A stretch of 64,000 nt of DNA, from positions 1,859-65,858 of the forward strand of contig CAVPHB010000002.1 in assembly GCA_963704145.1 (NCBI GenBank). Reading direction: 5' to 3'. The stretch comes from an uncultured Chloroflexia bacterium. Its GTDB lineage: Bacteria > Chloroflexota > Limnocylindria > Limnocylindrales > CSP1-4. Each line of letters begins with the position of its first letter. Positions within the stretch are counted from its first letter, which is position 1. Position numbers and translations under genes: made by a program. Below the pieces are notes generated by a model that searched no databases, was not told where the DNA came from, and saw nothing but the letters and a program-made list of their open reading frames with translations. Below, piece after piece: positions 16,968 through 27,761 of the stretch.

Positions 16968-19900
16968 CTAGCGCGGGGCGGGCACCGTGCGAGGCTTGGC
17001 GGCGGCGGTCGGTGTATTTGGGCGACCGGCCGATCCGGCCAGCGCCGCTTCAAGTCGCTCGAGGTAGGGCTGCGCGCCCAGTCGGGCCAAGGTCAGCCGG
17101 GCGGCTTCGGCCGCGCTGCGCACCTCCGGCTCGTCCGGGCCCAGGAAGGCGACCATGTCGACCACGGTGAGCGCCTCGTCCCAGGCCAGCTTGAGCGCCC
17201 GCCAGCCGCCCAGCGTCTCGCGGTACAGCACCAATGCCTCGGCCGGACGACCTTCGAGGGCCAGGATTCCGGCGCGAACCGCCGCCTTGTCGAGCGCCAG
17301 CGCATGCCCGCGATACATCGTCCGACCCAGCACGTCCATCGCCTCGCGAGCGCCTGCCGCGTCCCCCGCCCAAAGCGATGCCCGCGCCGCCAGCGGTACA
17401 GAAAGGGGGTGGAAGTAGGACGTCGTCTCGGCGGCTCGTAGACCCTCCGTGCGCGCCTCGCCGAACCGGCCGGCGCTGAAGGCGGCCCATGCCCGGGCCC
17501 ACATGTCGTACGACTCGTACTGCGGGTCGGTGATCCCGACATGCATGGCCGTCCCACGCGCGATGTCTGCGGACGGGTCACCGCCCCGCAGCGCGTTCAG
17601 GATCGCGCGGTCCACGAAGAACTCGGAGAACTGGCCGGCGGCCGCGTCGGCCGGGATCCAGTCCTCCAGCAGGGCGGCGGCCCAATCCCACTCGCCCACG
17701 CGAATGGCACACACGACTCCATTGCCGACCATCAGGAAGCCGTACACGCTCGAGCCTATCTGGCGGGCGATCTCAAGGCCCTCGCGGGCCAGTTCGAGGC
17801 CTGCCGCCGGCTCGGCCCATTGCTCCCAGAAAGTGAGCAGCGTGCGCCCGCCGCGCTCACGGTCGCGAAATCCATTGGCCAGCGCCATGGCGTGAGCGCC
17901 GCGCAGGAGGAGCAGGCCTTCCCGCGGCCGATCTGTCCCAGCCAGGCTCACGCCCCTGCCGAGCAGCGCGCCGACCAATTCGTCGAGCAAGTCAAGGCGC
18001 TCGGCGATGGGGATGAGGCGATCGAGCCAGACGATCTCCTCTGCCGGCCGGTCCAGTTTGCCGTAGGCAGACGCGATCTGGCCCATCAGCTTGACGCCGA
18101 CCGGTGTCGCCTCCAGGTCGGCGAACTCATCCCACGCCGGCAGCAGCAACCCGAGCGCGCGGTTTGGATCGCCAAGGGAGTTGGAGACGGCCCGCGCGTG
18201 CGTGGCGACGGCGTCGGCGATCGCCGTGCGCTCGCCGAGCTCGCGCCGCGCGGCCAGCGCCTCCTCGGCGTGGCGCACGATGACATCCACCGACAGACCC
18301 TCGACCGCCGATTTCAGGGCACGCCCGTGCAGTTCGGCCCGCTCGGCTGTGTCGGTGGTCACCTCGAGCGCCTCCTCAAAGAAGGTGACCGCCTGCTCGT
18401 GCGAGCCGAGCGCCGCCGCCCGGTCTCCGGCACCGCGTAGGGCCACCCGGGCCTGCGCGGCGAGAGCGTCCGCCTCGGGCCCCTCCCCGGCCAGCCGATA
18501 CGCGGCCAGGTAGTGCCCGGCCAGCGCGCCGGCGGCTTCGCCCGTGGCCTGACCCTCGAGGTAACGCGCGGCGGCCAGGTGGCGCGCCTTGCGATCCTTC
18601 TTGGACAGCGTGTTGTAGGCCACCTCGCGAATGAGTGCCTGGACGAAGACGTACTGGCCCAGTTCCGGTGAGCGTGGGTCCGCCTCGCGACGCAGCAATT
18701 CGCGCCGCGCCAGCCCGGCCAGCCGCGCCTCGAGGGCGTCGGGCTTGACCCCGGCCAGTACTTCTAAGGCGCCCGGCGTGAAGCTCTGGCCGAGGACGGC
18801 CGCGTCGGCGATCAGGGCATGATCGGCCGCGTCCAGGCCATCGAGTCGCGCCGCGATAAGCGCGGTCAGCGTCTCGGGCACGGCGATGTCGTCGAGGTCG
18901 CCGGTTGGCCGGTAGACGCCGTCCTCGAGCGTCAGCCGGTCCTGCGCGAGGAGCATGCGCACCGTCTCGACGGCATACAGCGGGATCCCGTCGGCGCGGG
19001 CCACGATCGCCGCCGCCGCCCGCTCGGGCAGACCGGGCACGAGGCCGGCCAGCAGCTCGCGCATCTGGGCGTCAGCCAGCGGCTCGAGATAGATCGACGT
19101 GAAGCTGCGCTTGCCGGCACCCCAATTCGGGCGGCGTTCGAGCAGCTCGGGCCGGGCGAGAGTGATGATCGTGATCGGCGACGTGCGGCTCCACTCGAGC
19201 ACGTGGTCGATGAAGTCGAGCAGCCCCGGGTCGGCGAAATGGAGGTCCTCGAAGACCATCACCACCGGCAACTCGTCGGCCAGGCGCTCGAAGAACGTCC
19301 GCCACGCGCCGAACAGTTGCTGCGGGTCGACGCCCGACTCGAACCCGAGCAGGACCAGCAGCGCCCGCTCGATCGGTGCCCGCTCCGCGTCGCTGGGCAC
19401 ATGCTCGCGCACGGACGTGGCCAGCTTCTCGCGCGTGGTTTGTTCGTCATCCGATTCGAGCAGCCCGGCGCGGCCGCGGATCATCTCGCCCAGCGCCCAG
19501 AAGGTGATCCCGTCGCCGTACGCCGGGCTGCGCCCGTCGTGCCACCAGACGGTGTCCGACAGGCCGTCGATGTACTTCAGGAACTCCCACGCCAGGCGGC
19601 TCTTGCCGATCCCGCCCGGGCCGATGACCGACACCAGCCGCGGCCGCTCTTCCCGATTGGTAGCGTGAAACAGGTCCTTTAGCAGTCGCATCTCTTCGTC
19701 GCGGCCGACGAACGGCGCCTCGAGCGTCTCGCTCCGACCCCGACCACCGCGCTGGGCGACGACGCGCAGCGCGCGCCACGCAGCGACGGGCGTGCTCTTG
19801 CCCTTGAGTGCCTGGTCGCCCAGCTTCTCGAAGACGATCGCCTCGCTCGAGGCGCGCTGGGTCGCTTCACCGACCAGCACGGTCCCCGGTTCGGCCACGC

Positions 19901-20489
19901 CCTGCAGACGGGCGGCAGTATTGACCAGGTCACCCGCGACCATGCCCTGGTTCGTGGCGCCGAGGGTGACTGCTGCCTCGCCGGTCAGAACGCCCGCCCG
20001 CGCCTGGATGCCCGGGCCAAGGCCGCCGACGCCGGCCACCAGGTCGAGCGCCGCACGAACGGCGCGCTCGGCGTCGTCTTCCTGCGCCGTGGGCGCGCCC
20101 CAGACGGCCATCACCGCGTCACCTATGAACTTCTCGACCGTGCCGCCGTACAGCTCGATGACGTTGCGCGCCATATCGAAGTAGCGCGTCAGCGTCTCGC
20201 GCACGTCCTCTGCGTCGCGCTCCTCGGCGAACGGCGTGAACCCGACCAGGTCGGCGAACAGGATGCTGACCAGCCGCCGCTCGGCGCCTGGCTCCTGGGC
20301 CGCAGCGACCACCGGCACGGCGCCCGCCGCCAGCGGGGTCGCGCATTCGGAGCAGAACTTCGCACCGGGCAGGTTGGCGAAGCCGCAGCTCGGACAGGTC
20401 GCCGCCAGCGGACTGGCGCACTCCATGCAGAACTTGGCCCCGCCGAGGTTCTCGGTCCCACACTGCCCGCAGATCACGCGCAGGAGCAT
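16968..20489 (-). CDS. Double zinc-ribbon - class III nucleotide cyclase - AAA ATPase - TPR (STAND-type) protein
   Basis: CGQCGTENLGGAKFCMEC...CPSCGFANLPGAKFCSEC, then the cyclase signature ILFADLVGFTPF...KFIGDAVMAVWG, then a Walker A motif VIGPGGIGKSRLA. 1173 aa, intact. Confidence 0.85.
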   Translation of the reverse strand: MLLRVICGQCGTENLGGAKFCMECASPLAATCPSCGFANLPGAKFCSECATPLAAGAVPVVAAAQEPGAERRLVSILFADLVGFTPFAEERDAEDVRETLTRYFDMARNVIELYGGTVEKFIGDAVMAVWGAPTAQEDDAERAVRAALDLVAGVGGLGPGIQARAGVLTGEAAVTLGATNQGMVAGDLVNTAARLQGVAEPGTVLVGEATQRASSEAIVFEKLGDQALKGKSTPVAAWRALRVVAQRGGRGRSETLEAPFVGRDEEMRLLKDLFHATNREERPRLVSVIGPGGIGKSRLAWEFLKYIDGLSDTVWWHDGRSPAYGDGITFWALGEMIRGRAGLLESDDEQTTREKLATSVREHVPSDAERAPIERALLVLLGFESGVDPQQLFGAWRTFFERLADELPVVMVFEDLHFADPGLLDFIDHVLEWSRTSPITIITLARPELLERRPNWGAGKRSFTSIYLEPLADAQMRELLAGLVPGLPERAAAAIVARADGIPLYAVETVRMLLAQDRLTLEDGVYRPTGDLDDIAVPETLTALIAARLDGLDAADHALIADAAVLGQSFTPGALEVLAGVKPDALEARLAGLARRELLRREADPRSPELGQYVFVQALIREVAYNTLSKKDRKARHLAAARYLEGQATGEAAGALAGHYLAAYRLAGEGPEADALAAQARVALRGAGDRAAALGSHEQAVTFFEEALEVTTDTAERAELHGRALKSAVEGLSVDVIVRHAEEALAARRELGERTAIADAVATHARAVSNSLGDPNRALGLLLPAWDEFADLEATPVGVKLMGQIASAYGKLDRPAEEIVWLDRLIPIAERLDLLDELVGALLGRGVSLAGTDRPREGLLLLRGAHAMALANGFRDRERGGRTLLTFWEQWAEPAAGLELAREGLEIARQIGSSVYGFLMVGNGVVCAIRVGEWDWAAALLEDWIPADAAAGQFSEFFVDRAILNALRGGDPSADIARGTAMHVGITDPQYESYDMWARAWAAFSAGRFGEARTEGLRAAETTSYFHPLSVPLAARASLWAGDAAGAREAMDVLGRTMYRGHALALDKAAVRAGILALEGRPAEALVLYRETLGGWRALKLAWDEALTVVDMVAFLGPDEPEVRSAAEAARLTLARLGAQPYLERLEAALAGSAGRPNTPTAAAKPRTVPAPR

Positions 20490-20549
20490 AGCCGACCGCC
20501 CTTCCGTGTCACGCTATCGTTGACGGGAACCTGGCACAGGAGTTGACCG

Positions 20550-22002
20550 ATGAAGACCACCCCGGCAGCGATCGATCGTCAGCGAATCAAGCGCATCGGC
20601 GACGCGCGAGGAGGCCGAGTACCGGCGCCGAACGCCAAAGTCGGCCGCGCTCCACGAGCGCGCCAAGAGGGCACTGCCGCTGGGCGTGGCCAGCTCGTTC
20701 CAGTCGTACGAGCCTTACCCGCTCTTCATGACCGACGCGCGCGGATCGCGCATCAGGGACGTCGACGGCAACGAGTACATCGACTTCGACATGGCCTTCG
20801 GCGTGCTCGCCGCCGGCCACTCGCACCCCGATGCTTCGCCGAGGTCCTGGCGCGCGCGCGTCGCGAACGGCACCTGCTACACCTTCCCGGTCGAGGACGG
20901 CATCATCCTGGCCGAGGAGATCAAGCGCCGCTTCGGCTGCGACCTGGTGCGCTTCTCCAACTCCGGCACCGAGGCGACGATGGACGCCATCCGCGTCGCG
21001 CGCGGCTTCACCGGCCGCGAGAAGCTGCTCAAGTTCGAGGGCGGCTACCACGGCCACCACGACGACGTGCTCGTGTCGATCCAGCCGCCGCGCGAGCTGA
21101 TCGGGCCCGGCAGAGGCGCCGAGCGACCGTCCCGGCCTCGGCCGGACTGCCGCGCTCGCGCGTCGATGAGACGGTCGTCGCGCCGTACAACAATCCCGAG
21201 GCGCTGGAGGCGATCCTCGACCGCCACCGCGGGCGAGATCGCGGCGATCATCGTCGAGCCGGTGCAGTTCAACATCGGCGTCGTGCCGCCGCTGCCCGGC
21301 TTCCTGGAGCGCGTGCGCGAGCTGGCCACGGCGCACGGCAGCGTGCTCATCTTCGACGAGGTCAAGACCGGGCGTGGTGCTCGCCTACGGTGGCGCGACC
21401 GAGTGGTTCGGCGTCAAGCCCGACCTGTTCTGCCTGGCCAAGAGCATCGGCGGCGGCGTGCCGATCGGCGCCTTCGGCGGCCGCGGCGAGGTCATGGGCG
21501 TGATCGAGCGGCTGCCCGAGTCGCGTCTGGCCGGGGCGACACGGGCACCGCCCTGGAGCACTCGACCATCCCCGGCGGCGCCACGCGCGTGGCCCACCTG
21601 GGCACGTTCAACGGCAACCCGCTGTCGATGGCCGCCGGCGTGGCGGTGCTGACGCGCATCCTGACCCGCGACGTCTACCCCCGACTGCAGGCCATGGGCG
21701 ACCGACTGACCGCCGGCTGCCAGGCGGTGGTCGACGAGTTCGGCCTGCCCGGCTACGCGGTCAACGTCGGCCCCAAGGGCTGCGTCATGTTCACGCCCGG
21801 TCGCGGGTGACCAACTACCGCGACTTCATCGGCCTCGACTCCGAGCTGTGGGCAGGCGTCGTTCTTCTACCTCGCCAACCGCGGCATCCTCCTGCCGCCC
21901 GGACCGGACGACCAGTGGACGCTGTCCGTTCAGCACACCGACGCCGAGGTCGACCGCTACGTCAGCACCTTCCGCGACTTCGCCGCCGAGCTGACCGCCT
22001 GA
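20550..22002 (+). pseudogene. Class III aminotransferase (glutamate-1-semialdehyde aminomutase-like), at least 7 frame changes
   Basis: Recognisable pieces sit in alternating frames: [86 protein letters not shown] and [15 protein letters not shown]. Confidence 0.8.
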
Positions 22003-22018
22003 CCGTCGCTGGCTGTCC

Positions 22019-22113
22019 GTGAGTCGGTTATGTGGATCTGTTGGGCGGTCGACGGTACGGCGCCCGGTGAGGCCGGCCGCGCAGCAAGGTGGTGATCTGC
22101 CTAACCGACTCAA
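22019..22113. repeat. Hairpin (MITE-like) copy of the 20-nt core family
   Basis: GTGAGTCGGTTATGTGGATC at 22019-22038 faces GATCTGCCTAACCGACTCAA at 22094-22113. It lies between two convergent aminotransferase genes. Confidence 0.8.
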
Positions 22114-22187
22114 CGACGGATTGGGGCCAGAGACAACGGCTGCGGACGGCCCGGCGCGGGCCCGGGGGAAGCGACTGGAGACCCGGC

Positions 22188-23535
22188 TCAGGCCACCGGT
22201 AGCGACTCGCCGATGATCGCGATCGCCTGATCGATCTCTGCGTCGGTCGTGACCAGCGGCGGGATCACGCCGCACGACCTGACCGTAGGTGCCGCAGGTC
22301 AGCAGCAGCAGCTTGCGGTCGAAGGCATCGTGGAGCAGCCCCTTGGCCAGGTCCGGGCCGCGGCTGCAGCGTGCCGGGCTCGGCGAACTCGATCGCGGCC
22401 ATCAGGCCGCGGCCGCGCACCTCGGCGACGTAGGGCTTGCCCGCCGTCGACGCGCTGCAGGCCGGCCAGCAGCCGCTCACCCTGCCGCGCGGCGTTGGCG
22501 ACCAGGCCCTCGTCCTCGAACACGTCGAGCGTCGCCAGCGCCGCGGCACAGGCGACGGCGTTGCCACCGTACGTGCCACCGTGCGAGCCGGGCGCGAACG
22601 CCTCGAGCAGCGACCGGCGGGCCATGATGCCCGACAGCGGCAGGCCCGGAGGCGATGCCCTTGGCCATGACGACGACGTCGGGCCACGGCGGCGGTCCAC
22701 TCGGTCGCGAAGAAGCGGCCCGTGCGGCCGTAGCCGGTCTGGATCTCGTCGACGATGAGCAGGATGCCGTGCTGGTCGGCCACCTCGCGCAGCGCCGGCA
22801 GGAAGCCGTCTGAGGGGACCACGTAGCCGCCTTCGCCCAGGATCGGCTCGACCAGGAACGCGGCCACGTCGTCGGGATAGGCCATCGTCGCGAACAGCTC
22901 GTCGATCGCGGCCATGGTGCTGCTCGAGCGCCACTGACGCGCGCCGTCGCCCAGACGCAGCGGATCGGGGAACGGGACGAAGTGCACGCCGCCGGGGAGT
23001 GGCTCGTAATGGCCGCGGTACTTGACGCCGCTGCTGGTGAGGGCCATCGTGCCGTGCGTTCGGCCGTGGAAGCCGCCCCGGAAGGCGACGATCAACGGCC
23101 GCCGCGTGGCGATCTTGGCCAGCTTGACCGAGGCCTCGATCGCCTCGGCACCGGAGTTGGACAGGAACAGGCCGAACTCGGATCGCGGGCGCGGCGGCGC
23201 CGGGAAGAGCCGCGGCAGTCGGTCGTGCAGCTCCAGGCCGGGCTGGTGGTAGAGGATGTTCTGCTGGGCGTGGATGATCTTGGCCGCCTGCTCGGCGATC
23301 GCCGCCGCAACCCGCGGATGGGCGTGGCCGGTGTTGGTCACGCCGATGCCGCTGGTGTAGTCGAGATAGCGCTCGCCGTCGATCGTCTCGATCCACGAAC
23401 CGCTGCCGCGTTCGACGACAAGGTCGGTGTAGCGCGCCCAGACGGGCGCGACGCCGTCGCGCAGGGCCAGCCACGCGGCGGCTCGGCTGGGCGGCGGCGG
23501 CCTGTGTCGGCAGTTGGCTGTGCGGTGACGACCAT
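22188..23535 (-). pseudogene. Class III aminotransferase (GABA/putrescine/acetylornithine-type), at least 3 frame changes
   Basis: YLDYTSGIGVTNTGHAHP, LSNSGAEAIEASVKLA, DEIQTGYGRTGRFFA, GLPLSGIMAR and SHGGTYGGN appear in different frames. The ATG at 23535 and TGA at 22188 were inferred. Confidence 0.8.
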
Positions 23536-23537
23536 GG

Positions 23538-24394
23538 TTACACCTCGGTCGGTCGCTGGTCGAGCGGCTCGCTGCCGGCGCGCCCGACCAGATCTGGAGC
23601 AGCGATGAACAGCGCCAGGCGACGAGCAAAGATGAGCGTGCCCAGCACGTTGACCTCGGGCGGCACGCCGAAGCGGCGAGGCGCCGTAGACCCACAGCGG
23701 GAAGGTCACGCGTCTGCCCGGCGACGAACGAGGTGATGACGTAGTCGTCGATGGACAGCGCGAAGGCGAGCAGCGCGGCGGCCAGGATGCCCGGGAAGAT
23801 GAGCGGCAAGGTCACCTTGCGGAAGGTCGTCCACTCGTCCGCGCAGAGGTCCATCGCCGCCTCCTCGAGCGCGCGGTTGAAGCCGGCGATGCGCGCGCGC
23901 ACGGTGACCACGACGAAGCTGATGTTGAACATGACGTGGGCGATGACGATGGTGGTCAGGCCGCGCTGGGTGCCGAGGCTCACCCACAGCGCCAGCAGCG
24001 AGGCGCCCAGGATCACCTCCGGCGTGGCCATGGGCACGTAGATGAGCAGGTTCAGCGGGCCGCTGCCCGCGGAACTGGTAGCGCGTCAGCGCCAGGCCGA
24101 TGAGCGTGCCCAGGATGGTCGCCACGATCGGTCGCCACGATGGCCACGATGAGGCTGTTGAGCATCGGGCCCGGTGATGTCCGGGCGGTTCCAGACGGTG
24201 AGCGTAGTTCTCGATCGTGAAGCCCTGCCAGGTGATGTTCTGGCGGCCGCAGCGGGTCGTTGAACGAGAAGGCGATCATGACCGCGATGGGCAGGAACAG
24301 GTAGAGCACCGCCAGCGCCGTGTAGCAGCCGGCAGAGACCGCCCGCGACAGGCGCTGGCGCGAGCGGCGGCCGGCGCATCGACATGGCGGTCAT
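23538..24394 (-). pseudogene. ABC transporter permease (PotC-like), multiple frame changes
   Basis: MATILGTLIGLALTRYQFRG, PEVILGASLLALWV and EEAAMDLCADEWTTFRKVTLPLIFPGILAAALLAFALSIDDYVITSF sit in different frames. The start overlaps the upstream stop codon (ATGA). Confidence 0.75.
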
Positions 24395-25251
24395 CCGGAG
24401 GTCAGTTCGCGCGTGCCCACGGCACGCGCGTAGATGGCCACCAGGACCAGCACCGCGCCCATCAGCACGAAGCCCAGGGCGGCCGCCTCCGGGTAGGCGT
24501 TGGTGTTCAGGAACAGACGCTGGATGACGTTGCCGATCATGGTCGTGTCGCGGCTGCCCAGCATGTCCGCGTTGATGAAGTCACCCACGGCCGGGATGAA
24601 GACGAGCAGCGAGCCCGGCGAAGACGCCGGGCATCGAGAGCGGCAGGGTGACCCGCCGGAAGGCCTGCAGTCGGCTGGCATACAGGTCGTTGGCCGCCTC
24701 GATCAGGCTGCGGATCGATCTTCTCCAGGGCGACGTACAGGGGCAGGACCATGAACGGCAGGAAGTTGTAGGTCAGGCCGCTGATGACCGCCAGGGGCGA
24801 GGCCAGCACGTGGAAGCTCGGGTCGAGCAGGCCCATGTCCTTGAGCGTGCCGAGCACGAAGCCGTTGTCGGACAGGATCAGCCTCCAGTTCAGCGTGCGG
24901 ATGACGAACGCGGTGAAGAAGGGCAGGATGACCAGCAGCAGCAGGATGTTCTTGGCGCGCCCACCGCGGAAGGCGATGGTGTAGGCGATGGGGTAGCCGA
25001 TGAGCAGCGTCAGGACGGTGACGATCAGCGCGTAGATCGACCGAGCGCACGAACTGGTGGCAGTACTCGATCATGACCTCGGGCGTAGACGCCGAAGTTC
25101 CAGGTCAGCGCGAAGCCGGTCCCGAGCGTGCCCTCCTGCAGGCTGAGCGACGACCATGACGATCATCGGCACGACGAAGAAGACGATCAGCCACAGGCCG
25201 CCCGGGACCAGGAACAGGTACGGCGTCAGCCAGCGCAGGCGGCGGCGGCAT
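24391..25251 (-). pseudogene. ABC transporter permease (PotB-like), multiple frame changes
   Basis: LTPYLFLVPGGLWLIVFFVVP, LGTLKDMGLLDPSFHVLASPLAVISGLTYNFLPFMVLPLYVALEKID and LLVFIPAVGDFINADMLG sit in different frames. Confidence 0.75.
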
Positions 25252-25294
25252 CCCGGCCCTCGGTCAGCTGGCTGCCGCCACGGCCGTAGCCGGC

Positions 25295-26608
25295 TCAGCC
25301 GATGACGCACCTCGTTGAAGAGGTCGTTCCAGATGCGCTCCTCGTCCTCGGTCAGGATCTTGTAGTCGTAGATGTTGGCCGAGCTGCTCCGCGGTCGGGA
25401 AGGCGTCGATCGCGACCTGAGTCCAGCGTCGGCCGCGCATTCCGCGTCGACCCTCGTCACGCGCGGCCTGCGGCGTCGAGCCGGACCTGCTCCTGGACGC
25501 CGGTCGACGGGGCTGAAGTAGCCGATGTACTCGGTCAGCGGTCGGCCGCCTCGAGCGTGTACCAGTAGTCCATGAAGCATGAGCGCGTCGGTCGGGTGCT
25601 GCGGCGCCGTTGGGGATGACCATGTTGTCGACGAACAGCATGCCGCCCGTCTCGCGGGACGACGAACTTCGACGTCGGGGTTGTCGTACAGCTGCATCTG
25701 GCTGACGTCACCTGACCAGGCCATGGTGATGGCCAGGTCGCCGGCCGCGAGCGCGTCGTAGTAGTCGTTGCCGTAGAAGTCGCGGAACTGGCCGGCCTGG
25801 GCCGGACCCGAGCAGCTTGTCCTGCGCCGCCTGGACGTCGCCGATCGGTCGCGTCCTCCGGCTGCACGCCCATCGACAGCAGGGTCAGGCTCATCGTGTC
25901 GCTCATCTCGCTGAAGAGGCCGACGCGGCCGGCGAAGGCGGGATCGAGCAGGTCGTCGAAGGTGGTGATCGCGCGCCCGGTCAGCTTCGGGTTGTAGCCG
26001 ATGCCGACGATGCCGGCCTGCCACAGGATACGGAGTAGCACGTTGCCCGGGTCGTACCACGGGTCGCGCAGCACATCCTGGGCGTTGGCCTGCCAGTTGG
26101 GCAGCAGCGACTTGTCGAGCGGCTGGAGGTAGCCCAGGCGGATCATGCGCTCGATCATCCAGTCGCTCGGGGCGATGACGTCGTAGCCGGTCGAGTGCCC
26201 GGCGGCGAGGTCAGGCTGGATCTGGCCGAAGAACTCCGCGTTGTCGGCGATGGCCTCGATGTAGGTCGACGTGCGATGCCGGTCTCGGCGGTGAACTGGT
26301 CGAGCGTCGGGTAGGCGCCGGTCTCCTCGTCGATGTCGATGTAGAGGGGCCAGTTGCCGAAGATGACCTGCCCGGCGATGCGTGGGCTGCGGGTCGGCGC
26401 CGGGTGTCGGTCGGTGCGGCGGCCGGCCGCGGCGTGTGATCCGGCTGGCGGCGACGGCCAGGGCGTGGCCGAGGCACGCATCGGCTGGCGTCGGCGCGAC
26501 GGTCGGTGCAGGAGTCGGGCTCTGCGCGGCGATGCCACAGGCACGCAGACCAGCGGTCGATGCGACAGCCGATGGCCATCGACCGCGCGTCACTCTTAGC
26601 TCAGGCAT
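25295..26608 (-). pseudogene. Polyamine-type ABC substrate-binding lipoprotein (PotD/PotF-like), multiple frame changes
   Basis: The pieces are GQVIFGNWPLYIDIDEETG, IEAIADNAEFFGQIQPDLAAGHSTGYDVIAPSDWMIERMIRLGYLQPLD, GGMLFVDNMVIPNGA and IYDYKILTEDEERIWNDLFNEV. The stop position is approximate. Confidence 0.7.
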
Positions 26609-27761
26609 TGGCTGTTCCTCCTCCGGCTTGGATGACGAAGGTGTGCTGCGGCTTCCAGCTCAGCACGCACCGCGCTGGCCGGCCGAGAGCTGATCGCCGG
26701 CACCGCTCACCTCGATGTTCTGGCTGTAGACGACGACGTCGTGGCCGTCGTCGGTGCGGACGACGTACTGCGTGCTGACGCCGACATAGCTGGCGTCGAG
26801 GACGCTGCCGTCGAGCGAGTTGCTGGCTCAGCGGCGTCTCAGACGCGCCGGGCTCGGCTCGTCGAGCTGCGATCAGGTGCAGCTTCTCGGGCCGCACCCC
26901 GACCTGCACGCGCGTCGCCCTGGCGCAGGCCGTCGGCCGGCGCGCGCACCCGCGTGCCCGACGTCGAGCTCGAGCGCGACCATGTCTCGCATCGCGCCCG
27001 ACGACAGTCGCCGGCAAGCAGGTTGCGACACGCCCAGGAAGCCGGCCACGAACGCGGTCGCCGGGCGCTCGTAGAGCTCCTCCGGGCCGCCCAGCTGCTC
27101 GATCCGGCCGGCGCGCATGACGGCGATGCGGTCGGACATCGTCATCGCCTCATCCTGGTCGTGGGTGACGTAGACGAAGGTGATGCCGACCTCGGTCTGG
27201 ATGCGCTTGAGCTCGAGCTGCATCTGCTTGCGCAGCTTCAGGTCGAGCGCGCCGAGCGGCTCGTCGAGCAGCAGCACCTCGGGGTGGTTGATCAGCGCCC
27301 GGGCCAGCGCGACGCGCTGCTGCTGGCCGCCGGACGAGCTGGCTGGGCTTGCGCCGCTCGTAGCCGGGCAGCTCGACCAGCTCGAGCATCTCACCCACCT
27401 GGCGGCTGATCTCGTCGCCGTCCGACCTTGCGCCGGCGCAGGCCGAAGGCGACGTTCTCGAAGACGTTCAGATGCGGGAAGAGGGCGTAGTTCTGGAAGA
27501 CCGTGTTGACGTCGCGCTTGGTAGGGCGGCCGATTGGTGACGTCCGCCTCGCCCAGGATAGATCGGTGCCGGCGCGTCGACCTCCTCGAAGCCGGCGATC
27601 ATGCGCAGCGTCGTCGTCTTGCCGCAGCCCGACGGGCCGAGCAGCGAGAAGAACTCGCCGCTGCTCGATGTCGAGCGACAGGTCGTCGACGGCCACGACA
27701 TCGTGAAAGCGCTTGGTGACTCGGTCGAGCCGTACGTCGGTCTGGGCCAAGCCAACCTCAT
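26601..27761 (-). pseudogene. ABC transporter ATP-binding protein (PotA-like), multiple frame changes
   Basis: Walker A ([25 protein letters not shown]), signature and Walker B ([31 protein letters not shown]) and VRPEKL sit in different frames. An alternative start is TTG 27750. Confidence 0.8.

Noticed and set aside
22019-22113. Integron attC site hypothesis (the GCCTAAC motif matches RYYYAAC)
   Set aside because: The order of the motifs is wrong. The element starts with GGTTA and ends with TAACC, whereas attC starts with RYYYAAC and ends with GTTRRRY. No intI integrase or cassette structure is nearby.
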